DNA of 62,820 bases, the filler included, from Atractiella rhizophila (lineage: Eukaryota): assembly GCA_021432655.1 (NCBI GenBank). It is 4 parts of 4 records of this genome, joined end to end, with 100 filler letters (N's around TTAATTAATTAA, not from the genome) between each part and the next. Parts side by side here need not be neighbours in the genome. Positions count along the whole stretch, not along the records: positions 1 to 20,336 come from MU271835.1; 3 more parts are not named here. One strand, written 5' to 3'. The translations under genes were made by a program, and so were the position numbers. Shown piece after piece: positions 1 to 11,518 of this stretch (position 1 is its first letter; every line of letters begins with the position of its first letter). Below the pieces are notes generated by a model that worked only from the letters and a program-made list of their open reading frames with translations, had not been told where the DNA came from and did not search any database.

Positions 1-300
1 GAGGAGGCAAGGATTCAGCCAGGATCCAGTTCCTGACATAGGCAGGGTTGTACCCTAGGTGCCCAGGAGGTTAGGATTCAGCCTGGATCTCATTCCTGAA
101 AGAGCCAGGGTTGAACCCTAAAGTACCCTTAGTAGACAAAATGCGTTCGAATTTCATATAGACCCCGACTCACACCTTCGAACGCACGTCCAGTCAGAGC
201 GATACCAGAACTGGATCAGCGTGCTTGGACTGACGGAACAGTTCCGTCGCGAAGGAATAGTAGTAGGCAGGGTTGAACCCTAAAGTACCGCTAGTAAATG
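1..300 (-). repeat. Degenerate 63-bp (21-codon) tandem repeat in a probable gene relic
   Basis: ggattcagcc..ggcagggttgtacccta (11-57) recurs at 74-120, and ggcagggttgaaccctaaagtacc recurs at ~266-289. The minus strand reads GTLGFNPGSFRNEIQAES*PP / GHLGYNPAYVRNWILAESLPP with an in-frame TAA. Confidence 0.55.
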
Positions 301-1378
301 AAAGCCTACCATAACAACATATTATCCCCTCAAATCTTGCCAGAAATGACTCCAACACTTCCTAGCAACCAACCCAGCTTCCTCCGAATGTTGTGTTCCT
401 GCATCCAATATTCAACAGGTGAACAAAAGCAACAATGGAGGAGCAGGGGAGGAGAGTGAAGGAGCATCCTTGTGGGATAAATTTGGTGAGTTGCTTTCAC
501 CGGTCTCAATCACTGATACTTGTAAAAGAACATTCAAGAAGGTATTTGGCGCAGTGATCAAATTGGAGGAGCAGCGTCTTCATCGAAGCATTTAAACAAG
601 ACGTCCCATTTTAATTGTGATTTAAGCACGTATTCTGGAGAACGAGGTAGCGACTGCTCTGGTCTGTGTGGGATTTGTCGATCACCGCTCGAACGTGCGA
701 GCTGGAGCTTTCATCCTTGACAAATCTTGTGATTTCTACTGGTGTATTCTCTCTCAGCCTCTCAGTTTCTTCTTTCCTCACAGATCTACCTTCTGCTTGA
801 ACTACCGTGCAAGCTTATATCCGTGTCGCCTATAGGACACCAGGGCAAAATCAGCTCCTCGATGTGCCACCAGTTCCGTTCTTCGGCAGGCATAGATCAC
901 GGATAGTCACGGATAGGTGCGGGTGTGCTTGCACACGATGGGGTGGAGGGAAGATCAACGAGTTGTGAGGTTTACCGATTCCTCCGGTGTTAATGAGAGG
1001 CAAACCGAAAGAGAACAGACGTGTTGTTCAATATCTATGCGAAATTTTAGCAATGTTTGTTCACTTTCTTCGTAACCCATAGTGTATGGACTGCAATATG
1101 ACTGCTGAACGTTTGGAAGTACATCTGGCAACTGATCAGACAGTTCCTTAAGTATGTGGACAGGGTTGTCGGCGCTGCTAGATAGATCCGACGCGAGAAC
1201 GCGCTCATCAAAAATGTTTGTCAGTTGGATATCGCACGGCTCGCATCTCGAATGAGTCGATTTGGATTCAGCCGCGCGGTGACATTTAAGACAAGACATC
1301 CCAGGATCTCAAGTCACCACCTTCAGGTCCTCATACTCAATTCTTCACTTTTGTGTTTTCTCGTCTAGAAATAATAAA

Positions 1379-2336
1379 ATGTCTTCTGACCTTTGCCCCG
1401 TGTGTTTTCTTTTTCCCCTTTGAACGAGAGAAGCTGACGATGTGGAAGGTTTACGCCCCCTTCTTTGGTGTCATGGTACTCAATATTCTTCTTCTTCGAA
1501 ATGTCTCGCTAAATTGGGAGGTAATATATAGGGTTGCACCTCCGCTATCGTCTTCACTTGTGTGTATATTTTCGTCGGTCTTTGGGGGAGAGTTGATGTG
1601 GGGTTGAGGATGAAGGTATCGGTGCCTCCTACGGAACCTCTAAGTCCGGTGTTGGCATCAGCGCCATGGGTGTCGTTCGACCTGACCTCCTTATCAAATG
1701 TATTATCCCCGTCGTCATGGCCGGTATCATTGGTGTCCGTGCCCACTCCATCACTCGTAATATGTATCTGATTCTTTATGCACCCCTTCAACTCCCGCTG
1801 TGTAGATCTGTGAGCCTACTTCTTCTCTCCTGCTGGGGAATGATACTGAATGCTGCCGAAACGCAAAAAGATGGACTGGTCGTCTCGGTTCTCATATCTG
1901 GCGATATCAAATCCCCTATGCCTCTCTACAAAGGCTTCATTCAACTCGGCGCAGGTCTGTCCGTCGGACTTGCTGGACTGGCAGCTGGCTTCGCCATCGG
2001 TGCGCCGTTCCCTGTTAGTTCTCTCCAGTTATGCTGAAGAGTAACGTAGGCATCGTCGGTGATGCTGGTGTCAGAGGAACTGCCCAGCAGCCAAGGCTTT
2101 ACGTGGGCATGATTTTGATCCTCAGTACCGTTTTTTTTACCTATCTCAGGAAGAATAGGGAGATTGATACGTTCTCTTCTACTTAGTTTTCGCGGAAGTG
2201 TTGGGTTTGTACGGCCTCATCGTCGCGCTCATCATCACCTCCAAAGCTAAAGACGCAACAGCAGTTCGTCAACCCCCCCTCTAAGTTCCTCTTTGCCATC
2301 TTCTGACGAGGCACTGTCCTTTCCTAATAGTGCTGA
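1379..2336 (+). CDS. VMA3: V-type proton ATPase 16 kDa proteolipid subunit c (multi-exon)
   Basis: Spliced translation [123 protein letters not shown], with the proton-carrying Glu in IFAEVL. GT-AG introns; the last coding exon is TGC TGA (2331-2336). Confidence 0.97.
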
Positions 2337-3587
2337 ACCTGGCGCCTCAAACACCGACGTCAATGACAACGGAGACAGTGTCGAATAAGCTCATATCGCT
2401 CACCTTGAGTCAAAGCTATCAATCTATACCTTGTCTCCCCTCTCTCACCTGAACGATCCATCTTTCGTATACGTACTACGTTTGATAAAGCAATCATTGC
2501 CCCTATTTTATTCCCGTTCACTTCAGTTTGACCCTGCATTTACTCCTGTTACTATGACGGTTCGACGTCGTTTTTGACGTGCGGGATCTGAACCACCTGA
2601 ACATTGACCCGTGTTACCCACCCGCTTTGTTGACGGGAAGGGTGGACGTCAGACTTGCGTTGTGCCAAAAGTTTGTGTACCCGTCTTCGTAAGTCCTTCG
2701 TCAACAGTCCATTAGGTTCTGACCTGACAACATTACATAGAGGCTCCGCGACATTCTGCCACCCAGGTACCCATTCCCAGTCCTTGGACCTCAAGAACGT
2801 TCTTCCGTGGATGCTCCCAAACCGTTGCTCAGCATCCTTTCAGCTTACATGGCGCCAAGACGGTGGAACTTTAAGGTAATATTTTGAACGTCTTTTACGA
2901 GCTAAGCGTTTCATTCGACAAGACTCCGACTGGGATCTGTTACTTTCTCTGTCTTGAGCTCTGCAAACATGTCGACATTTCGCATTTTGTTTCCTTCCAC
3001 CACTACCGCTTCCGCCTTCCGCCAAATACAATACCAGCTCAGGTTTTAATGCAGTATAGTTGTAAACAGGATGTATTGTTTTGTCAGGCAACTTAGATGA
3101 TTTGGCCCAGTGCCAATCACAAGCGGGATAGCTCATATCACTCTAAAATCGAACTAGGACATTGAAACGGATAATCAGGGACAGGGTAGGAATCGATAGC
3201 GGAGTCAGGAAGCGGGTGTTCACCCAACACGCTAACGTTGTGACGATGCCAGCCAGCCATCTATCTCTGCTTGTTCAACGTATCACACCGCACAAGCTCA
3301 CCTTCCTCGCCTCGTCTGTGCGCACCTAGCCTTCCTACACGTCCTACGCGTACTATTAGGACACAATGCGGTTAGACACATAACTATTCGGTTTTTGTAT
3401 TGTCGCCTCGTCGTTGTTCGGGGTATGCAAAATAGAGTTCCTGCCGCCATCAGGTTACTAGCAGAAAGAGCCCACGGTGTGTTATTATTAAGCCACTTCT
3501 TTCTCCCTTACGCACACCCAGCTTAACGCTCTCGCCATCAGCTAAGGAGCCTGAGCACGGTCGTCCTGGCTTTACGACAGCAACGAA

Positions 3588-5521
3588 ATGGCTACCGAGC
3601 GTACTCCCCTCCTCTCAGGCTCCAGCGCGCCCTCATCCACAGTAGTCGATGCCCAAGATCCTATAGTGTCTGACGCCTCTGCCTTCGCCGCAGAAAGCGT
3701 GCCAGTGGGCCTCGATGGAATAGGTCCCTCTTCCCCCATTTCTGAAGAGGAAGAGGACAAACCCCTGCCCAAGGTTCAGATCGGTCTGCTCGCCGCCTGC
3801 AGGTTTATCGAGAGCGTCACGTTCTTCATCATCTTTCCCTTCATCAGCGAGATGATTGTTAAGGTGGGAGGGATTGAGGAGGCCAAGGTTGGATTCTGGG
3901 CTGGGTTGATTGTACGTTCCTCCTTTGCCCTTTGCGAATAACCCTCTTCTCATGTGTCATTGTTATTTGACATTTCGAGGAATCACTCTTCTCTCTCACA
4001 CAAGTGTTCGTCATGATACCATGGGGTCTCCTCTCCGATCGCATAGGACGCAAACCCGTGCTCGTAATCTCCATGCTCGGACTGTCAACCGCTCAGCTCT
4101 TCTTTGGACTGGCAAATGATATCAAGAGCATGATCATATTCCGTTGCCTCGCCGGAATCTTCGCAGGTACCGCTGTGTACTTTCTTCCTCCTCTTACAGT
4201 GTACTGAGTTGATGATAACGCCGGCTGTGCAGCACCGTAAGGACAATGGTGAGCGAAAACAGCACGAAGAAAACTCAAGCCCGCGCTTTCTCCCTATGGG
4301 CGTTTGCGGGTGCGTTGTCTCTTCTTGATCCAGATCTCTCCGTCCATACATCGCACTCTATACTGATGCAGTGATCACGCAGGCAACATCGGCATCACTC
4401 TCGGGCCTCTCATTGGAGGTTCCCTGGCGGACGCTGCCACCAACTTTGGAGGCATCTTCCAGCGCATCTCCATCATCAGTGAGTATCCGTATGCTCTGCC
4501 CTGCTTCCTCGCTGGCGGCATGGGCTACGTGGCAACTATGGCAAGTCTTTTCTTCCTAAAAGAAGTCCGTCCTTCCCTTCCTCAAACGCCCCGTCGTGCC
4601 TGCTGAACGATGACATGCCAGACGCTGCCTCCCAATAGAGGAGAGATGAAGGAGAAGGATCCAAGTGTCCTTTCTCTCCTCAAGGCTCCAGGTGTCGCGC
4701 ATGTCGTCGGATTACAGTTCAACATCCTCATCGTGGCATTCGGTTTCACTGCCATCATCTCCGTCTTCTGGTTCACTTCAGTGCCTGTTCGTTACCCCTT
4801 TTACTCCCAGCCCGGTTCAAAGCGGCTCACGATCTGGATGAGACTAGCTAGGAGGCTTCGGATTCTCTCCGGCTCAGATCTCGCTCTTGTTATCGCTGAC
4901 AGGAATCTGTCAGGGTCTCTGGCAACTCCTTTTCTTCCCCCGGTTCCAAACACGCAGGGGAACCAAATTTGTCCTCATAATTTCCTCCTGGATTTACGCC
5001 CTCTCCATGATCTTCCCCCCGTTCATGAACACCTTGCTCCGGAACGGACTCGACGACATCTTCTGGGCCCTACTCATCCCTAGCACCGTCATAGGTACAT
5101 CCGCTAGCATGGCTTATCTAGCCTTACAGCTCGCTATCAACGACGTTTGCCCAGATCCTAGGCTCATGGGCACGCTCAACGGCCTCATGCTCAGTTTGAC
5201 GAGCGCTACCAGGGCTATGTGCCCGGCTTCGTTCGCCAGCTTGTATGCCAAAGGAGTGGAGGATCAGATATTTGGAGGGTACCTTGTACGTCTTTCCTTG
5301 AGCATCCTTTTTCGTCGTCCCTATTCGTTCTCTTATACATATCATTGATGTGGCTGCCAATGACAAAGGCATGGGTCGTCCTTTTCGTCCTCTGTGTCTT
5401 CATGGCCGTCAACTCTGGGTTTTTGCATCCGAAAGCGGATGGAAAGAAAGAAGTGGTGGAACACCCGAAGACATGCATAGAATCAAGCGTGCCGAAGGGG
5501 CAAACTACATTGTCAATATAA
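3588..5521 (+). CDS. Major facilitator superfamily transporter (multi-exon; YCR023C/ZIFL-like)
   Basis: N-terminal ERTPLL dileucine-type motif, MFS motif A (WGLLSDRIGRKPVL), FRCLAGIFAG, many hydrophobic segments and GTLNGLMLSLTSATRAMCP. Confidence 0.92.
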
Positions 5522-5850
5522 GCTAGAATCAGGATCTCAGGTGTTCTTCTCGAACTCGTAATAACGATTGAGTGCTTTTCAAGTCGCTAGGTCAGAGGAA
5601 TAGTTAGGCAATGGGTGACAATGTTTGGGGAAGGCATCACTTCCTCAGCACCAATGAGACCTTACTTTGTTCAAGTTGGGTAATGATTATGGAGCAATCG
5701 ACATTTCAATCAGTTACAATGTTTATTATGAGAACAAGGAGCCAGACGCCAAAGGCTTGAGAGGGTATTGACATATGACGAAATGAGCCAGTAGTGTCTC
5801 CCGTAGACAAACATGTCCACCGCTTCAGCTACAGCGAACTCTCTTTACAA

Positions 5851-6974
5851 TCAACACCATTGCTCCCCACCTTTCACCTCGAGGGGAATGACGAATTTTC
5901 TTCTGCCTTGCCCATCCTTCTCAGGCAATCTACCTCCTCGGATATTCACCTGCATGCTCGCATGTAACAACCTAGGCACCGCGAGCTGAGCATCTCTTTC
6001 TTCCCTGAACTTGACAAACTGCTCTTCGGTCGTTCCATCCCTCACATGCTTGTTCTCCTTCTTCTGCTCCTCCACAGTGGAAGAGGCTGTTGGACCACGA
6101 GTGCCAGCAGGAGGATAATCGTGGCCGACGAAGAGGGAGGTGTTGGGATCCAGGGAGAGGAGAGTGGACATGCTTTTGTACAAGGCGTGAGCGGATCCGT
6201 TGGGGAAATCGGCGCGCGCGGATCCTACATCGGGCTACGGCGCGACAGACAGTTAAAGCAAGACTGAAGGAGCGCGAGTATACAAACAAGGAAGATGCTG
6301 TCGCCAGTGAAGACCTTGCTACCGATAATGTAACTATGTGCGTACCAATGCCATCAGCATCGTTTTTATAATGAGATGACAAGGGAGAGAAGAAATATGT
6401 ACCCCATCGAGTCTGGCGTATGGCCAGGTAAATGCACAGCTTTCACCTCCAATTCTCCCAACTTGAAGACCTCATCATCCTTCCATAGGCAGTCGAACAT
6501 CTTCTCCCACTCTTCCTCTCTCACAGCCTCCAATCCGTACTTTCCCGCAAAGGTTTTCTGCACCTCTGTGATTCGAGAGCCTATCCCGATCTTTGGTCGC
6601 ACGCCGTTATTGGAGAGTGAGTGTGCAGCGTATTGAGAGGCAGTAAGATGATCAGCATGCGCATGCGTCTCCCTACACCCAACAAGCAACAATATAACTC
6701 TCTGTTCTATTTCGCTTTTCGCTTAGAGGACGCACAAGATGTAAACCACCTTCAGTTGTTCTTGCTTCACGAACTCGAGCACGATGTCCGCGCTGGCAGT
6801 GCTTATCATCCCGCTCGCTGGGTCGAAATCCAACACGGTATCAATGATCATAGTTTCCTTCGACGCGGATGGGGACGAGACGACATATGTCCAAGTGCCT
6901 GTCACCTTTTCAAAGAACGAATGGACAGAAGGCTCCTTAGAAGATGTTGAGGGGAGTGAGTGCGTTGGCGCCAT
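5851..6974 (-). CDS. Metallo-beta-lactamase-fold persulfide (sulfur) dioxygenase-like protein
   Basis: Spliced motifs TGTWTYVV, IIDTVLDFD, ETHAHADHLTASQY (HxHxDH), HLPGHTPD, FTGDSIFLPDVGSARADFPNG, FVGHDYPP and PRLLHASMQVNIRGGRLP. ATG at 6974. Confidence 0.9.
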
Positions 6975-7968
6975 TTCGATCAAAACAAAGAAGGATCTTC
7001 CCAGCAAATCTCAAGAGGAAGGAGAGTCTGAAAAGAAGGCCTTTATAGACCGCGGTTCTCTAGTTACGGCACCCCGTTCCCTTTTGCTTGAAACCCTTCA
7101 ACGGGGCGGAAGATGCGGGGCTTCTCATAGCCCAGAGTCACACTGCAAGTGAATGCCCGCTTGCCAAAACACTCCAATCAGCACCATCGTCAATCAATCG
7201 AGCTCATGCCACAATGCTTCATTATCGGGGCAACGCTGCAAGATAGACTGCCAATTGTGCCAGGGACATCCGGTCGAAACTCCTGTGCTATGACATATCC
7301 AAGCGCTGGAATACCACACAAAGGTGCATTGTTTTATGACCGTGTTACATGATCGTCGAGGAGAAGGCTGGAATGGGTGAACGCTTTAGAGCCTGGGGGT
7401 TTTTCCATGACCAGCTTGAGGGGGTATCAGTTTCACTTGATGGAACCATGATCCAAATCCAATGGAAGCGATGATTGGCTAGGCTGACATGTGAACCTGT
7501 GGAGCCCAAACCGAAGTGAAGAGTACGGAAGTTGGTGCGTTTGCTTTGCTCTTGCATCGCTTGGTAGAAACAGGGTTATTGTCAACAAGCTCGCCATTCT
7601 TTTACTTTATCTGAGCAGCATCTGGACTCTTCCGAACGGTGGCGGGACACATGCATGACCCTTAGGGTTTGTCCTTTTCCGATTCGCTGTCTCGCAGCGC
7701 AGCGATGTATCAGGTGTTCTATTGTTTCCATACCTCTTCCTGTCTACGGGACCCTGTGCCTTCTGTCAGGTGCTCCACAAGTGGCCAGCTCCTCAGCCTC
7801 TCGTCTTCATTTGAGGTTCATCTGTCTTCTGTTCGTCACATGATTCAGCATCTAACAACTGTGTTCCCGTTGATGCTATGTTGCTGAGAATGAATAAGAC
7901 GCAGAGACCGAAAAGCTTACTAGTATCCTTTCATAGGAATCAATTATTGAACAAAATTAATAACATCG

Positions 7969-9063
7969 ATGGCCCCTGAGAAACAGACAAAGATCCTGCA
8001 AGAGACGCAGCGCGATCCAAAGCTGGACGCGGTATTGGAGAACTGGACAAAGTGCGTAATCCTACGCCTCTATTAAGAGTGAAGAGTGAAGAACTCATGA
8101 TCCCAGGGAGCAGCTCCGCCTCTCAGCGAAAGCCATTTGGGAGGACGATCTCTCTTTCAATGTTCCACTCTGGTCACAGAACAGTACTTGTCCGAAGCCG
8201 GATGCTACCGATTTTGTGACACCTGTCGTTGGGAGACTCGAACAAGAAATATCAACCAGCTGGACGGGTCTTCGATATGTTGGAGGCGCCGATATATCCT
8301 TTAGGAACGACAACAGGGGTGAAGATGCTGTTGCTACTCTAGTAGTTCTCGAATACCCCTCTCTAAAGGTGCGTATATTCACTGCCTCACCACTCACCAC
8401 CCTCACAATTCTGTGCCAGTTATTGTATGAGTCATCGCGAGCCATCAAGCTCACTGTCCCTTACGTCCCCTCTTTCCTCTCGCTCCGGGAATCGGCGCCG
8501 CTCCTGTCTCTCATCGACGACCTACGTTCCCACCCACAATATCCTTTCCCTGAACTTCTCATGGTCGACGGCAATGGACGCATGCATCCGCGTGCCGCTG
8601 GCCTCGCAGTCGTTGTCGGTGTGGAGAGTGGAATTCCAACGCTTGGTGTGGGAAAGGATTACTACGCTCTTCCATCACCAGTGGTAGTGGCAGGTGGGGA
8701 GTGGAGGGATTCTCAGAAAACTTTCAAAGGTTTAGCAAAACGGGTTCTGCAAAATAGAGGGGAATGGATTGGCATATACAACGGATCGAACATGTCTGAA
8801 TTTGTTGGAGCTGTAAAGTCCACCCTTATTTCTTTAGCTAAGTTCAAGGGACGCAATCGCAGGCATTGCTCTCGTCACCGGACCGCAACTCGACAAATCC
8901 AATCTATGTCTCTCAAGGCCACAAACTCAGTCTAGAAACGGCGTTAAGACTCGCGTATCTCTGTTCCAAGGAAGCAAAGGTCCCTGAACCCATCCGAGTA
9001 GCTGATAAGGCGGGAAGAGCCGAAGTTGAGAGGATTTGGGGAGGTGCAGATGCTTCGACGTAA
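7969..9063 (+). CDS. ENDOV: Endonuclease V (inosine-specific nuclease)
   Basis: Motifs YVGGADISF, PYVPSFLSLRE, LLMVDGNGRMHPR..GLA, PTLGVGK, NPIYVSQGHKLSLETA and PEPIRVADK. ATG at 7969; first intron GTGCGT..CCCAG. Confidence 0.93.
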
Positions 9064-9482
9064 TTACAATGTGGCTCCAAATCTTGCTGGAAACTAAATT
9101 CATGAAATAATAGGCTGCTTTCTCATCTCATCATACTTAAAGCATACAGTTGATTTCTGCCCGTTCTCCAGAATTGCAATTGCAGCATAATGAGGAAGGA
9201 GACCTGTGTACCCAGACCAGCAAACTCGTTGAATTGGGCCGGGATGTTTCCGTATCGGAGTCAACATGCACGCACAACTCTCCATGCAGTCCTTCGATTA
9301 GAAGAAGATAAGAAGGCCAAGGCCAATGAGAGCCATTGGAAAGCACAAGCTCGTCCACTCGACACTGGAACCTGAGAAGGGCCTCCCTTCGACGAATTAA
9401 CTGGTCTGCTTTGTCAAGCGTTGCAAAGGTTGAGTCTAATCCGTTATGGTAGGACTATCGTCAGCGCTTCACATGCAAAAAC

Positions 9483-10715
9483 ATGAGGCGATTGTTTTCG
9501 AAGTTGAAGAAGTCAAAAGTGAAGAAAGGCGAAGGTATATTGCCCTACGATATTCTCGACCACATTTTTCAACATTTATCGGACGACACACGCTCAATGT
9601 TGACCTGTGCCCTGGTCTCCAAGATGTTTCTGAGTCTTAGCCGTGAACATCTCCATGCCATTGTTCAAGTTGCGAACGCAGCTCAAGGATGTGAGCTCCT
9701 GACAGAAGGGAGCAACACCTTTTCTAAGTGGGTGCGAACCGTCCAAATCCGCGGTAGGAAATTCGAGGAACTGGGTCTTGGCGGAATGCCCCTCGCCGAC
9801 CAGTGCTCCCCGATTGAGAGAGACAAGAGAGAATCACAGTGGTTGTCAAAGATCCTTCCTATTCTTGCGCATCTTCCGGGCCTTTCGCAGTGGGAATATT
9901 TCGGTGTCCAAGGTCTGTCGCAAGCGCCGGTCGACGTAGTTTCATCGTTCCTCCAGGCCGCCACTAGAATGACATCCTTTCATTGTTGCTACACCGCTTT
10001 TCGGCATCGTGATCTTCTAGACATTCTACGGGCTGCGACGCAGCTCAGGCTTTTGCTCCTCGTCGACTGCACATTCCTGGACATTCTCGAATTTGATCAG
10101 CAGCGTATCGTTGCGTTTGAAGGACACATGCTGACATTGAACGGTGAAGGCTTCTCATGCCTATTGCCGTATCTTCTCCCTCCTGTTCGAACGAGCCACA
10201 TCTCTGTCAGGTTTCGGATTCGGCGGGAGCTGGAGACCGTCGCGAATTTCTGGACAAAGTGGAAAGAAAAAATAACAGATCTGTCCATCATGATGGATCA
10301 TATGCCTGGACCTACTTTCCGGAATACATTCGAATTTTATCTCGACTTGGTTCCCTTGAAGCGCCTTGACAGCTTGTGTTTGGACTCGGTAGATATAGCT
10401 GAAGAGGGTTTCCACTGGCTGATAAAGGTCCTCAACACCGTCACATCTCAACTGAAAGAGCTAACGATATCGGTCACTTTTGTGGACCCCAATGCTTTGG
10501 AGCTCTGGCAGAAAAATTGGTCTTTCCCACACCTCACCGAAGTTATCGACGAGCGATTTAAGGATATTAGAATTGTGCGAATACTCAGTCAAGAGAGTTT
10601 TCTCCGTAGTTGGAGCTTTCGCCAGCTCTTGTACAAATCCTTTCTATACTGGCATGAGCAGGGAATTTTGAGAGTTGGTGAAATTCCTGTTTCTGTTGCA
10701 ACTAAACACTTGTAA
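9483..10715 (+). CDS. F-box domain protein with RNI/LRR-like C-terminus, single exon
   Basis: 410-aa uninterrupted ORF. LPYDILDHIFQHL..LTCALVSKMF..LSREHL fits the F-box pattern, followed by repeated LxxLxL segments. Confidence 0.78.
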   Translation: MRRLFSKLKKSKVKKGEGILPYDILDHIFQHLSDDTRSMLTCALVSKMFLSLSREHLHAIVQVANAAQGCELLTEGSNTFSKWVRTVQIRGRKFEELGLGGMPLADQCSPIERDKRESQWLSKILPILAHLPGLSQWEYFGVQGLSQAPVDVVSSFLQAATRMTSFHCCYTAFRHRDLLDILRAATQLRLLLLVDCTFLDILEFDQQRIVAFEGHMLTLNGEGFSCLLPYLLPPVRTSHISVRFRIRRELETVANFWTKWKEKITDLSIMMDHMPGPTFRNTFEFYLDLVPLKRLDSLCLDSVDIAEEGFHWLIKVLNTVTSQLKELTISVTFVDPNALELWQKNWSFPHLTEVIDERFKDIRIVRILSQESFLRSWSFRQLLYKSFLYWHEQGILRVGEIPVSVATKHL

Positions 10716-11518
10716 AGAAACGACATCCATTGCTACAGGTTTCTTGTCCAGGGTGAGGTTTTCAATCATGCCGCAAGGCGCTGGTAAGGTTTGATGAGTT
10801 AAGAGTTATACAGATTAGTCGAAAATCAGAGAAATGTCGTCTGTGAGGGTTGCATCTCATAATGCTCGTGAAAAAGGCCAGCTTAAGTTACGGTAAGGCT
10901 ACCGAATCCTGAACATTCCATGACAAAGCTTACATCCAATCTGTCTTCACAACTATAATCGAGGGAGGTTAACATATACAGAGAATGCAGAGTTAAATTA
11001 AAGTAACCATGTAAGGGGCCTGAAGCATTGTCAGTCTCGCTGCATCGTGATTGTTCAACGACGAATTGCAGTAACTTCATAATTCTCAGCAATTCCAACG
11101 CGCATGTCACAATCTCTAGTTTGTCAAGAAACAAAGCGGAACAAATTAGTATGGCGGCTTTGAATACAGCCGAGCTCCCTCAGATTTTCATGGCCAGTTG
11201 GGGGTCAAATGTTGTGTCGACCACTGCTTTTAGATTGTTGACTTGAGTATTCTGCGAACAATCAAGTGGTGCTAGCATCTCCAAGTTATCTCTGACTTCG
11301 AATCGCCGCTAGTTGCGGGTTGCGAAATAGCTTCAGGTGTAAGATAGCGAAATACTACTCGTTATTTGTGAAAGTGAAACAAAGCTGAACCTGTGGTGGA
11401 AAGTTCGGCCCGATTTCTCGCACCGTGATCGGCATCCCTCGCGAGCCAGAGCACTATTAAAGCACTACACCCAACAGCAAGAATATCACCACTTACGGCT
11501 CACAAGTTGACCTTCACA

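Noticed and set aside
955..1299. Cys-containing ORF divergent from VMA3 (CxxC..CxxC)
   Set aside because: It could not be joined to downstream exons and has no recognisable family; it may be part of the relic at the window start.
2552..3136. Two minus-strand ORFs as one spliced gene
   Set aside because: No convincing in-frame splice and no recognisable motif.
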